Source of the DNA: Camelus dromedarius
Taxonomy: Eukaryota
NCBI RefSeq assembly: GCF_036321535.1
Contig: NC_087437.1
Coordinates: 47,246,001-47,310,000, forward strand
DNA length: 64,000 bases
Direction: 5' to 3'
The position numbers were made by a program, and so were the translations under genes. Shown here in pieces: positions 14,311 through 28,000 of the stretch; the first letter of the stretch is position 1, and every line of letters starts with the position of its first letter. Under the pieces are notes generated by a model that searched no databases, was not told the DNA's origin, and saw only the letters and a program-made list of their open reading frames with translations.

Positions 14311-14812
14311 TGTGGTAAGGCAGAATAGCAGTCTCCCTCAAAGATGTCCATACCCTGTGAACCTGAAAATATGTTACCTCACATAGCAAAAAGAACTCTG
14401 CAGGTGTGGTTAGGTAAATGACCTTGAGATTGGGAGATTATCCTAAATTATTAAGGTTGGTCCAATATAATCATGTAAGTGCTTAAAACTGGAGAAACTC
14501 TCCTGGCTGCGGTCAGAGGGAAACATAACTAAGGAAGGAAGGTCAGAGAGAGGAAACGTTGCTGGCTTTGAACATAAATGAAGGGAGCCATAAGCCAACA
14601 AATGCGGGCCACCTCTAGAAGCCTGAAAAGACAAGGAAACAGTTCTCTTCCAGAAAGGAATTCAGCCTGCTGACACCTTGAATGTGGCTCCATGACACCT
14701 GTGTCAGACCTTCAACCTACAGAAATACAAGACTTATATTCTGTAAATTTGGGTCGTTACATGCCACTGAGTTTGTGGTAACTTGTTACAGCAGCAAAAG
14801 AAAAATGATACC
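14311..14812 (+). mobile_element. MaLR solo LTR (MLT1D-like)
   Basis: Starts tgtggtaaggcagaat...aaagatgtcca, ends gtttgtggtaacttgttacagcagcaaaagaaaaatgatac; ~500 bp. Confidence 0.85.
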
Positions 14813-16817
14813 TGGTTGGGTTAAACGCCCTTTATATAAGCTTTTGTTATACTTCACACATACTGCTACCAATATGTAGCAGCACCTATCACACAGTACC
14901 GATATAATGTGCTTAATTGTCTGCTTTTTTTAATAGACTGTGAGTGCCTTAAAAGCAAGCATAGGTCTAATGTGGGAATGTGGTTATCTGTGAGTTCATT
15001 CATTTATCACACAAAATAGCTATTGAGTCATCCCTTCACACCTGGGACAGACTCTGATAATGACAATGCATATTAACATTGCTCTTTCATTCCAATGAGT
15101 CTCCTGCCTGAGATTTTTCATTAAAGAAATGGAATAAGGATCAGGCACAATAAAAATGGGTGACTTCACCCAGACATGGACCCTAACAACATTCATATCT
15201 TTAGATCTGGCAGTCAAAGGACATTAAAGACATATTTGTATCCACAAAATCTTTCCAGCAAATCAGTGAGGTTATTTTGGGAAATATGATGGGCCAAGGA
15301 GAAGGGGGAGAAACTGTTGAAAGGAAATGCAATTGCTTATTTTTCCACACAAAAAGTATCAGGCAGGAGGCATCAAGCAATGTTACCCATGACACCATCA
15401 GACAGATGACTATTCCAAGCCAAGTTATGAATCATGCTAGTGCTGTCTGTCCAAGAAGCAGAAGAGATTAGACTGACTTTGGGATGAATTTGTGTGTTTG
15501 TCGGCTCTTTGCAAGAGACATCTACCAGTCGCCTCTGTCAGCACCAGGTCTAGGGGTGCTCAGCTCTTTCTCATCCACTTTTCCCCTCTATACCTGCTAT
15601 ACTTTTATAGCAGGCAGATGCCTGCCTCCACTCCCAGTTGATGCTCCTTGAAGTGACATTTTTAATAGGGATATACTCTACCTTAAAAGAATAATAGTAC
15701 ATACACTTCAGACTTGGCATCTCACCTCTATTGAACTGAGAACACTCCTGGAAAGTTACCTAGGAATGCAATTCCTATTTCATCGTTTGCACCTATCTCA
15801 TTCTCCTGTAAACTTACCTAATCTGTTTTCAGCATTGAGAATCAAGGGATCAAGTGTTGGTCTGTAAGGGCACATACAGATCTGGTTAAATCTTTAGAAG
15901 AGGGATTTGTTTCTTACTCTGGCCCATCACATCATTTTCCAGAAATAAAATATGGGACAAACAAAAAAAGTAGGTATCTATTAGATGCCAAGTTATAAAA
16001 TCTTGAACAAACATTGCAAAAGGAAATAAGTTCCAGTCAGGTTTGTTAACCAAGGGGACACTAGGACATGAGGGAAGGAAAAAAATCTTTCAGGACTGTA
16101 TTTTTACTGAAACTGGCCCAAATATTGCATACAGTAAGTGAGTGAGTCAGACCAAATATATCACGGTGTCTAGGTCTCATCAACTTTTCCAAGGCTGTGT
16201 TTCGTGTACTATACAATCAATTTGGTCCCAGCTCACAGTATTGATTAGGAAGATGCTGAAATGATTATATCTTCCAGAGTCAGTTTCAAAAGCTGCAAGC
16301 AGACCAAACTCCAGTCAGCTATTTCATTAATTCTCTACCTTCTTCTTCTATTTGTTTTGTTTGTTTAATCTCCAGCACCACCCATGATCTTGAAATCCTT
16401 TGTCTCTTTGAGCCTTTCTCTCTGCGTTCCTGTGTCTTTTGAGGGGGAGGGGCAGCTCCTATGTCTTGACTTTTATTCAAGTGGTAAGATTTTCAATTAG
16501 CTCAGTGCTGGACTGAAGTCAGCCAGGTCAAAGATTCCTTTAGAAATTTCTTTTCCTAATAAATAGTCTGATAAAATGACCGTTCTTGGCAGAATATCAC
16601 ATTTTTTAAAATCCCATTTCTAGGCATATTTGACACTTTTCCTCATCCCAGCGTGTTAATGTATTTGCTTCACCAGGCTGTGGAGATCAGCATCTTTAAA
16701 TGGTGGTCATTCCCAAACCCTTCGTGGAAGATGATTTGGTTTTTCCCTCTTAAAGATTTTGCCTTTTGTGCCATGTATCTATCATAATAGAGTACATTAT
16801 GTTGTAATTTTTTTTAA

Positions 16818-17130
16818 AATCACAGTGTTTTAAATCAACAGAGGTTTATTCCTCACTCATGCTACATGTCCATTGCTGGTTGACAGGGGGATCTCACTGC
16901 AGTCTCTGAGGGGGACCTAGGCTGACAAAGCAGCCACCATCTCGTCACTGCAGTGGAAAAGAGATCTCTAGAGTCTCACACAGACACATATCAAAGCTCT
17001 AGTCCAGTGTGACACATACCACTTCCATTCACAACTGGCCTCAACTAACCACAAAGAAATGAGGAAGTGCACATCTACTATTTCCAGATAAGTCAGAGAC
17101 TGAACTATTTGACAACACTAATGACAATCA
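16818..17130 (-). mobile_element. Old MaLR LTR fragment (MLT1J/K-like)
   Basis: aggtttattcctcactcatgctacatgtccat...ggctgacaaagcagccaccatct motifs. Confidence 0.55.
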
Positions 17131-17329
17131 TGTGCTGCTGTAAGAATCTGTACTTTGATGTTATAAATTCTTAAATTGTGTACCTTGCCCATCGCTTATT
17201 ATCATAATAACCTACTAGATATTTTAGGTAATTGCATTTATTTTCAGAATACATTATATGTTTCCATTTTTTCGTATTTGAACTGCTTCTCTCTTTCTCC
17301 TTTGTCATTACCACCATCCTCCCAGCACA

Positions 17330-17815
17330 CACATACATCCCACCCCATCTAATCCTCAACCACTGTAGTGGCTTCCTAACTGGTCTTCTTGTTTCTACTC
17401 TTGCCCTTGAAAGGCCACTTCCTCACATAGGACCTAGAGTGTTTCTTTTCAAAATACAACTCAAATCAAGTCTTTTAGTACTCAAGGCCTTCTAATTTCT
17501 TCCCACCAAACAATAAAATACAAGCTCTGTACCATGGCCCATGAGAGCTCCACCCTGCCTACTGCTTCAGCTTCACCAGGCACCACGTCCTCTTGCCCAC
17601 TCTGCTCCAGCCACAGTGGCCTTCTTTCTGATCTTCGGATAAGCCAAGCTAATTTGCGCATCAGAACTTTTGCATTAAGCCTTCCTTCTGCCTAGAATGT
17701 TCTCTCTCCAATTTTTCACATGGCCGGCACCTCCTGCCATTCAGGTTTTATATCAGTGCACCATCTACAGAGACTGACTTAGATCACAAAATCTAAAATA
17801 GGATGCCCTCCAATC
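17330..17815 (+). mobile_element. L2 fragment
   Basis: cttcctaactggtct...actctgctccagccaca...ttccttctgcctagaatgttct typical of L2. Confidence 0.75.
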
Positions 17816-18264
17816 ACTCAACGTTATTCATTCATTTAATAAATATTTAAGTGTCAACTGTGTTCCAGACACTATTTTAGATATTTAGATACATTCATGA
17901 AGAAAACAAACAAGTATGCTTGCTCCAGTGGGGGAAGATACAACAATACATAATAAATATATTAAATAAGTAAGTTATATATTTTATTAAAAGATAGGTT
18001 AGAGGGAGGGAAGAAAGGGAGGGAGAGAGGAAGGGAGAAAGAGAAACAGACCTAGGCGAGCACGTACTTGAATAGGCTCCTGCTGGCCAAAGATGGGACA
18101 ATATTGAGCACCACTGTGTTTAAAGCCTGCCACGTCTACATGATATGTACCTCGGATAATCAAAGTCTATAATTAAACCATGAGGGGAAGTTTCTCTCTA
18201 CAAAAATATCTCAGCTAATCAACAAAGCAGGAATGACAGAATTAGAGTAGCATCATTGTTCAAC

Positions 18265-18418
18265 ACTTTTTGGTCTGGATCTTTGTTGTGGGAGCTGCCT
18301 TGTGCCTTCTGCGATATTTAGCAGCATTTCTGGCTCTACCCACCAGCTGCTGGTAATTGTCTCCAGACATTGCCAAATGTTCCCTCGGAGGAAAAATCAC
18401 CCTGCTTGAGAACCACTG
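18265..18418. mobile_element. MER20-like hAT-Charlie MITE, partial
   Basis: ctttgttgtgggagctg...gtctccagacattgccaaatgt...gagaaccactg. Confidence 0.8.
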
Positions 18419-18549
18419 ATCTAGGAAATGAGCATCAATGGCGGTTTACATGACAGAATGAGAGACAAATAGACATTATGTGCTTTTTGATGGAAGTACA
18501 AAACACAACCCATAAAGTAATCTTTTTGTTAGAGATAGACACTAAAATA

Positions 18550-19173
18550 CACTCAATCTTCATTATTTGCAGATTCCACATTTGCAATTTCGCCTACTCA
18601 CAAAAATTTATTTGAACCCCAAAACAATATTCACAATGTTTTTGCAGTTATTCATGGACATGTGCAAAGCAGCAAAATATTTAAGTCACCTGACACACAA
18701 GCTCCCAACAGAAGTCAAACAGGGCAATGGTTTGCTTTCTTGTTTCAGTTTTCATAACTGTAAACAAGAGTCCTTTCCATTGTCAATTTAGTGCCACATT
18801 TGTATACTTTTTGTTTGTGATTTTGCTGTTTAAAATGGCCCCCAAGCGTAGTGCTAAAGTCTTGTCTAGTGTTCTTAAACGAAGAAGGCTGTGATGCACC
18901 TTATGGAGAAAATACGTGTTTAAGCTTCATTCAGGCATGTTATAGTGCTATGTGCCATGAGTTCAATGTTAATGAATCAACTACATATATCAAATATGGT
19001 ATCTTTAAATAGAATTGTTATAGATTAATTGGTTGATGAAAATGTTGTGACCAGAGGCTCACAGAATTCTAACTCAATCCTCTAGTTCCCTTGGAGTAAC
19101 AGTTCAGTGTTTACTAACTCAGTGTTCACAGCGACTTTACAGAACATAATTACCACAAATAATGAGAACTATG
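18550..19173. mobile_element. MER82-like Tc1/mariner-Tigger non-autonomous element
   Basis: tcattatttgcagattccacatttgcaatttcgcctactc...cagtgttcacagcgactttacagaacataattaccacaaataatgaga; ~620 bp with degenerate terminal inverted repeats. Confidence 0.8.
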
Positions 19174-22109
19174 TAACAAATGTAATTATATGATTTTGGA
19201 TTTCCACGCTTGAATCTTACAGAAAATAATTTTCCAGGAGGCACTCAATGTCCTTAAACAGCTATTCAATCCATGTACATAAAATACAACATATGTGCAC
19301 TTTTAAATGTACATATAATGCTTACAAATCAAATAATTCTAAATAACAGAAAATGACAATTGACTGAATAACAAATGAAATTACATGATTCTGGGTTTAC
19401 CTCAAAATAATCTGGGGTGAGGAGCAGTGGGTAAGAGTAGATGAAACAACACTGGCCACAGTTGACAACTGTTGAATTTGGGTGATAATATATGGAGTTT
19501 AGCTATAATATACTCTTGTATATGTTTGAAATTTTCTACAACAAGAAAATTATAAAAATAGGGCAAGAGTAGAAAAGGGATTTGGGGAGGCAGGCATCAG
19601 AAGTTAACAATTTCAGTTGAGGTCAGGATAGGTCTTATTGAGAAGGTGACATTTAGGAAAGAGATTCTCGAGAAAGTTGGCCATATAAAGAGCTGGAACA
19701 AAAGCAATCTAAGCAGAAGGAACAGTCAGTGAAAAGGTCCTGAGGCAAAGCATATCTTATATTCAAGGCATTGCAAAGAAACCAATGTGGCTGGAGTGAG
19801 CAGGAGGAGACAATGTTGGAGAGGTGATGAGAAGCCAGATCAGGGGGCTTATTAGCCCTTATAAGGGCTTTGACTTTGATTCTGCATTGAATAGGTAGCC
19901 AATGAAGGGTCTTATGATCATCTGATTTCTGTTAAGTCTAAAATCTAAACTGTAAGGAATCTGGAATAAAAGCAAAGAGACCCAGAACATTGTAGAAATC
20001 CAAGTAAGAAACAATGGTAGCTGGGCCGAGGAGTGGTAGTGGTGGAGGTAGTAATAAGTGGCTAATTCTTGATCCATTTTGAAAGTAGGATCAATAGGAC
20101 ATCCTCATCAACTGAGTGTGGGATATGAAAGAAAGAAAGGATCAAGATTTTGGACCTCAGCAACTACAAGGATGGGGGTTTTTAATAAATCTTATGGAGA
20201 AGAAAATATTTGCAAAATGCTGGTATAGCCAACATCAGAGATGATTCAGTTATGTCCAGTAAAATATGTATATGAGGACAAATACAATCTGCCATTTGTT
20301 TGCTGTCTGCTACACACTTGACACATTTCACACACCCTTTTCAATACTCACAACATACCTGAGACTCAGAGGGCCCAAGAGGCTTGTTCTAGGACACAAG
20401 GAAAGTCAATGACAAAACTCAGCTGCAAAACCAACATTTCTCTGGGCACCAAACAAATACCTTTTCCAGCATAACACATTTACTGAAAAATTAGTATTTT
20501 ACATATGGCAAAGAAGATAACTTTCAATTAATAAAAACATTTTATTCAATAGAAATATCTATCTCATGCCAAATAAGAGGACTCAAAGTTACTTAAAAGA
20601 CAGCTTATCTAAAGGAGTTAACCATTTAAGTGCCACAGGGCCATGGTGAATGTTAGCTTTAGATGTTAAAATGGCCTACTTCTAAATTCTGCCTTGTTTT
20701 GCTAGATTAAGACTCCCTCATACACACCCACTCAGGCTTGCTTGTCTTTGTCATCAAAGAACAGCCTGTACTCTCCTTTCCGGACCTTGCTGTTCTGCAG
20801 CTAAAGACAAATGTCTAAGACCAAACCCTACAAGCTGTGGAAGCACCTGACACAACACCAGAGGCTAATTCACCTCTGCCCACTCAGGAACAGGTATGAC
20901 GGATGGCTCTGGGTGACATTCATAATGGGCACCAGCTTTCAGAAAAATGGCTTCTAACAGAGCCTCTTGTGTGCACAGATTCCACGAGTTCCTGGCGGAC
21001 TTATAGCAGTTGTCAAGAACAAGCTGGAAACTCAGGGAGAGGAATAATACTAACAAAGTATTTTTTTAAAAAGCAAACTAGCCAAGAATGTTTAGTATTT
21101 TAAATTAATTGAGGTACTAATGCCAAACAATGATGTGTGATGCATGCATGAATGTCCCTGCCCAAGTAATAATAAAAGAAGACTGTAAAATGATGACAGA
21201 AAGGCTGTCTACCAGCTTCATTAAAGAATGGTAAAAGCTGAGTAAGACCTGGACCCAGTTTATTCCCCTCCCCAACTCTATCACCAAATACTGTTACATA
21301 GCATTCTGGCAAAATTTAGCTCCATCTCTGCCCCTAAATCAGGTAGCCAATGGCTCTAAGTATGCATTTCAGAATGTTTCAGACTAAAGCAGCTTTTCTT
21401 TACACTTTAATGAACAACAGCCTGAAAGGCTTCAATTTAGGTCTCAAACTTCCTTCTCACAACTTTGTAGAAAACATTCCCATGGTCATTATAGTACATT
21501 GTTAGTGGGGATAATAATGAGACTAATGAATGACAAATTTAAAACTTGTCTATGGTATAAAACATTCACTCAACAATCATTTGCTGCATAAATCCCATGT
21601 GGCAGGCATATTCTGGACACCTAGAAAACAAATGTGAATGATATGGCCCCTGCCCTCAAGAAGTTCCCAAAGTTGTGGTGGAAACAGAAAAAAAGATTAC
21701 AATTTAATATGAAAAAAATCATAATAGATTTGTGCGTAGTGGTTTAAGAGAGCTGCATGTAAAGTGTGAGTTGAGGGTAATGTCAGGAAAGACGGCTTGG
21801 AGATGACAGGATTACTCAGAATTAGATTAAAATCCTTCTACTAAGTGGATTCCCCAGTGCCATGACTTGCCAATGAAACACAAGATACTCACTTTGAAGA
21901 GGGCTGTGTAATATGAAATAAACACATTTGCTGGTAAAACTAGTATTTAATAAAAACTCAAGTAGGTGCCAGTAAAAGTTTGTAGACTGGCTACAAATTG
22001 GCAATAATATCTCCCCACCAAGAGATCGGAGGACACTGGTGTTAATGTTGATGAGTGACAGTCAGCATGTTTGTCCATTGACAAACGACTAGTATTAACT
22101 CCTTAGTGT

Positions 22110-24035
22110 TAATCTCCCATTCCCGAAAACTGCTCCTACTCCACTGTTCCTTATCTCAATAAATGACATCACCACCACCCAAGACAGAAACCTACAAGTA
22201 ATCCTGACAGTCTGTCACCTCCACTCTTTGTCTCCAATCCCACACCAAGTCTGCTCTCCAATTTCACTCCTCCCCTTAGTCCTAGCCACCAGCACCTCCA
22301 GCATTACAACCTGTCCACATTCATTGTTGGCCCTCTACAACCAATCTATTCTACTTTTAAATTTCAGCAAGACTGATGTTTTCAAATTTTAAATCCAACC
22401 TTACTGCTTACTTGCTTAAAACTGCAGTAGTGGCTGAGCTATATAACTCCCCATTTCTTTCTGAATACTGTCCAAGATGTTCAACATGGCCCCGAAGTCC
22501 TATGTCATCGGGCAGCTTCAGGTTGTATCACATCCTTCATTGTTTGAGCTCTAACCCACTGGTATGCTGTAACTACTCCCAATGAGCCAAACTTCCTCCT
22601 GCCTCAGGGCCTTTGCACAACCTTCCTCCTCTACACCTAGAATTCTCCATCCTAACCCAGCCCTACTTTAGACCTCAAGTCAAATTTCACTTCCTAAGAA
22701 AAGCTTTCACTAGCTCTCAATCCAGCCTAATCCCCTTCCTACCCCCATGCCCTCTCACAACTCTCAGTACTTTCACTTTACTGGAATGTAAACTCCTAAT
22801 GGCAGAGAACATCTGAATTTCCCACCAATTAAACCTTCTAATTACACATTTTGTGATTATTTGACTATTGACTGTTTTCTTTTTTAAACATATTTTTATC
22901 GAAGTATAGTCAGTTTACAATGTTGTGTCAATTTCTGGTATACAGCACAATACTTCAGTCATATATTTGTTTTCATATTCTTTTTCACCATAAGTTACTA
23001 CAAGATATTGAATATAGTTCCCTGTGCTATATAGTATAAAATTGTTGTTTATCTATTTTGTATATAGTAGTTAGTACCTGCAAATCTCAAACTCCTAATT
23101 TATCCCTTCCCACCTCCTTCCCCCTCTGGTAACCATAAGTTTGTTTTCCATGTCTGTGAGTCTGTTTCTGTTATGTAAGTAAGTTTGTCTTTTTTTTAGA
23201 TTCCACATATAAGTGATATCATATGGTATTTTTCCTTCTCTTTCTGGCTTACTTCACTTAGAATGACATCCTCCAGGTCCATCCATGTTGCTGCAAATGG
23301 CATTATTTTATTCTTTTTTATGGCTGAGTAGTATTCCATTGTATAAATATACCATAACTTCTTTATCCAGTCATCTGTCAATGGACATCTAGGTTGTTTC
23401 CATGTCTTGATATTTGCAAATAGTGCTGCTAAGAAAATTAGAGTGTATGTATCTTTTTGAATTAAGGTTCCCTCTGGATATATGCCCAGGAGTAGGACTG
23501 CTGGATCATATGGTAAGTTTACTTTTAGTCTTTTGAGGAATCTCCATACTGTTTTCCATAATGGCTACATCAAACTGCATTTCTGCCAGCAGTGTAGGAG
23601 GGTTCCCTTTTCTCCACACACTCTCTAGCATTTATTGTTTGTGTACTTTTGAATGATGGCCATTCTGATTGGTGTGAGATAATACCAAATTGTAGTTTTG
23701 ATTTGCACTTCTCTGACAATTAGCAATATTGAGCATTTTTTCGTGTGCCTATTGGCCATTTGTATGTCTTCACTGAAGAATTGCTTGTTTAGATCTTCTG
23801 CCCATTTTTTGTTTGGGTTTTTTTTTTTTTTTTATTAAGCTGTATGAGCTGATTATACATTCTGGAAATTAAGCCCTTGTCCGTCTCACCTTTTGCAAAT
23901 ATTTTCTCCCATTCCGTAGGTTGTCTTTTTGTTTTGCTTATTGTTTCCTATTGCCTGTTTCTCTTCTTCCCAGACTAAGTGTGTCAGGGATCATATCTAG
24001 CCCATTGTATGCCCACAATAAATATTTACTGAACA
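22110..24035 (+). mobile_element. L2 split by a young L1 insertion
   Basis: L2 motifs at 22110-22860, continuing at 23961-24035 and ending aataaatatttactgaa. Confidence 0.6.
22878..23947 (-). mobile_element. 5'-truncated lineage-specific L1 (ORF2 C-terminus + 3'UTR)
   Basis: ORF 23196-23381 (TDDWIKKLWYIYTMEYYSAIKKNKIMPFAATWMDLE) is the ORF2 end; TSD CTATTGACTGTTT (22865-22877) / CTATTGCCTGTTT (23948-23960), one mismatch. Confidence 0.95.
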
Positions 24036-24894
24036 ACTTTATCTCTCAACATATAGAAGGTGATGGAAGTTCATGGCAAGGTCACACATTTTTATAAAAA
24101 TATACAATTTCCAGTGATCGATTGATATGTAGTTAGGAAAAAGTCATAATATGGGTGATCTATGTGTGACGGGGGCCTCTAGATTGGGAAAATGTCCTTA
24201 GATAACAGAAAAATGTGTGAGGGCCTGCATGTTGGGGAGGTGCAGAACTGGAGGATTCAGAAGAACTGAAGGCCAGACACACTTCCATAACCTATAGGCC
24301 GTGTGTCACTTAGCCTCTCACTCAGCTTCCTCATCTCTAAAACTAGAGGTAAAGACACTTTCCTGCCCACCTCAAGTGACACGTTGAGGGAGAAGCTTCT
24401 ATGTCAAAGGAAAAGAGCTCCACAAAAGTAACAGTCCATTATCGTGTAGTGATGGGAATAATGTCTTATTTCCACTCTTTAAATGTTTCAAAGAATTTGC
24501 CTCTGGGGACAACGCCAGATAGCTGTTTCCTTGCAGAGCTAAATGAATTTTTCAGTTGGACAGTCTGGTCTGACCAAATTTTCCAGTGAATCACCAGAGC
24601 TGGTGGAAGCTCTCCATAGGGCAGGTGCCACTTCACAGGACATTACCCTTTCCTTGCATTCAAGAGAGATTGGTGAATATAGCTTCTGAAGATGGAGAAG
24701 CTAAATCTTTCTGACCTCCAAATTGAAGCCTCCTTTTGGAAAACAGTATGCTATTGAAACAAAGTCAAAAGGAAGAAGATGCCCTTAAAAAAAGGTCACA
24801 AATTCAAATGCTTACAGGAGCAAGCAGATAAGATAAAGGTGACAGGCAGCCTGGATAAGGGGCTAAGGACACTATAGTACACTGGAGATGAGGG

Positions 24895-25010
24895 GAACAG
24901 ACAAAATATTGTCCAAACCAAAAGGAACAGTGATACTACATTAATTATGCTAAGGAAACAGGCATCAACCAGGCTGTCCAAGGCAAACCAGGACATACGG
25001 TCGTCCCAGC
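24895..25010 (+). mobile_element. MER94-like hAT-Blackjack MITE
   Basis: attgtccaaacc...attaattatgc...aacaggcatcaaccaggctgtccaaggcaaaccaggacatacggtc. Confidence 0.65.
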
Positions 25011-28000
25011 TAGGCAGCATGGCTGCTTGGCTCTAGTTAATGTCAAAAACACCAGACTACTACAGGTCCTTCCACTTTCCAAGAGAATTCAGGAAGTTGG
25101 GTTTTTATGCAAAATTTTCTGGTTTTAAATGTTGGCAACAACTTGTTTTTTAACACTGAGTGTACCACATAAAACACAAATTTAGGAAGCCCGCTTATGA
25201 CCTATGTCTTTAAGTATTTTCTTCATCATTATTTACCATCATCACCATCAGTAAGACTATTGGTCTCCAAGGAGACAAGTATCTGTATCACCTGCCACGG
25301 CAGAGAGAATCTTTGGTGAACACATTAACGAGCATACATCTGCTGAGTACCTACCATCTGCCGAACAGACGCTCTCACAAGTACTACCTCATTTTAACTA
25401 TCCAACATCGTGGGGTAGAGATTCTTACTCTCCTCCACTTTACTGGAGACAAATCCGAGGCTCAGTATAACAAAATGATTTAATTTCTCAAACAGCAGAC
25501 CTGGGATGCAAAGTCATCAATTCCTTACAAGTAACAAGTTTAGAGGAACTTAAAAGGGTAAGAAGCAGAAGACAAGGAGAGAGAGTAGCATTAAAGCCAA
25601 AAAGAAAGGAGTGAAAGAAATAATTTTGAGATCAAGCATATAATAAGGTCTCAGTATTTATTGAATGAATGAATGAACATGTTTGTGAACTTTCAGTTAC
25701 AATTTTGGCATGTATAAATAAAAGTGTATTTGAAGTTAGACCACCTGTATTTGAACATCACCTTCACCGTGTACTAGAATGTGAATTTTGGTAGATATTT
25801 AATATTCCTGACCTCAGTCCCTCCCCTATAAAATGGACATAACATTTACTTAGAGGGCTGTTTCAAGAAACAATTGGAACAACGTGTATGAAACAATTTG
25901 CACAGTGTGCAACATAGAAAAAACTCAGTGGATGTTTCCTTCCTCCCAGCTCTCTTGGAAAGAAGGGGAGACATCCCTAGTTTTTGTTTTCCCATTGATT
26001 TTATTAGCTTTCTACAAGCGCCTCTTACTTCCATCAAATGTTTCCCCATTAATTCTTTTTTCTTTACTTTCCTCCCCTTAACTGAATCTGGTTTGCCCCT
26101 AACAGAGCTTCCCTCCCTGCCTTTTTCCATGAAGGCTCTTTGCCTCTGGGCTGGAGGTAAAAGGGGAGGAGGCTGATACTCTCTGAGCTTCCCATTGTGG
26201 ATTTCAGATGAAGAGTGCACCCCCTTCATTACCTATGAGACTGTAATCCCTTTAAGAGCTAGACTATATCCTCCTCGTGTTGGTTGCCCCCTCCCCACAG
26301 CCTAGCGAGGGGTCCGGCCAACAGCAGACATCAGTAGATGCATGCTGAGTAAATGAACTTGCCTTATAAGTGATTAAAATCCCTCTCTTGTGAATCCCAA
26401 CTCTGCATCTAATCAGGGCTCATAGACTAGATTTAGAATTGTCCAGTAATAAGAGAGAAGTTTAATTACTCGGTAATTAATAAGCACCTGTCCAGTTCTT
26501 AAGATTATTATATGGAAGAATAAACGTAAGTTTTAACAAATTCATCTTTCTTAATTATTGTAGATGCCCTGATTTATGGATAATAGGTATAAAGAGTCTA
26601 ACCAACTGTTAATATCCATCATAAAAATACATTTGACTAAGGAATAATAGCATTGAAAGTCACAGAACACCTTATAAAGGCAATTTCACTGTCAGTATGT
26701 ATTTCATGGAGCACAGCCACTAAAACTACTCTGCAGTGAATGATTAGGGAAATCAGTTACATTAATTTAAGAAGATTCAAATTCTACTCACATTCATAAA
26801 ACCTCTAATGGAATGGCACATTCTTCCAACAAGGCAGGGATTGTTATCAGACGGGGCTGCACCTGCACACGCAGGTCTCAGCTACAGTCAGATTGCTCTA
26901 ATCTGATGCTCATCCCTTGCTTGTGGAGTCATGAGTGTGGGAAAGCAAATAACTAAAGACAGTGGATACTCCTCAAAATTTACTCCCATTTGGCCCCTAA
27001 CACATCATTACCCAACCCATGGGAATAATGATCATTTTTCGGTCAAGGTGAAAATGAAAGCAAAATTTTAAATAGACGTTTTGTTTAGATTTTCTGAGAT
27101 TGGGGCAAAGATGCCAATAAAGCCCCATTAAGACAGGTCGGTCACCAGCGTAATTAACATCTCGGTTGAAAACTGAGGCTCATTCTCTCTGCCTCCCTGC
27201 ACAGCAACAAGGCAGTCAATGCAGAGCCCTTGTCAATGGAACAAACAGGGGTATAATGGAGACTGTCAAAAACATTCCCCAAGTGACCCAGGAGGACAAA
27301 TATACCTGCAGTAGTAAGCATATGGCTGGGGATGAGGGAATCCCTGAAAGTTTTGAATTGATGCCCTCATACACCTTGCAATATTTTTTCAATATGGCTG
27401 TGGGGCACCATTTCCCATCACTGTGCTCTGGGATACACTGGCCAAGAAGTGTTAAACCCCTGACCGGACAGAGAGGGGTGGCTGGTTGGAAGGAAGGCAC
27501 TGGGCTTTGCAGGTGTGTCTCACAGGCCTGTGTGGAATTCAGGGCAGAGTAAACAGCATGATTTTTGGAATCTGGGGCTGTTACAAGAAACAGCACGTTG
27601 AGGGACTACTAGGACCAAGCGTGGTCTGCAAAATGAGTAGGACCCCTAGAGGGAAAGCAAAGGGAAGAAAAGACTTAAGAAATGATAGCAGTGCAGCAGG
27701 ATGTGCAGAAAGAGGGTCTCAGGGCCTGTGGCCATATCAGGCACAGTGTTCTCCCTTTCAGCACATGTCCTTTCCCAAAGTTCTAGCCCCGATTGAGAAG
27801 TTACAGTATCTAAGTTTATTAGAATAATAAATCAACTCTAGAAGTTATACACACAACTTTATATTTCTAAGTTTTTATAAAGATTTAAAAAATAAATTAT
27901 AATGGTAACCCGTCACAGCCACATCGGATATCAGATTATATCAACCCCTCACCTCCAGCCCAACACTCTCTCTCAATCTCCTCTTTATGGCTCCATCCTC

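Larger units (their letters stand above)
17825..20170 (-). mobile_element. L2 interrupted by a nested L1M 3' fragment that itself contains MER20 and MER82
   Basis: L2 tail 17825-17990 resumes at ~19560-20170; L1M-like 3'UTR pieces at ~18060-18540 and 19340-19560. Confidence 0.6.

Noticed and set aside
27166..27827. Overlapping 113-128 aa ORFs on both strands
   Set aside because: No domain similarity or splice architecture; consistent with chance.
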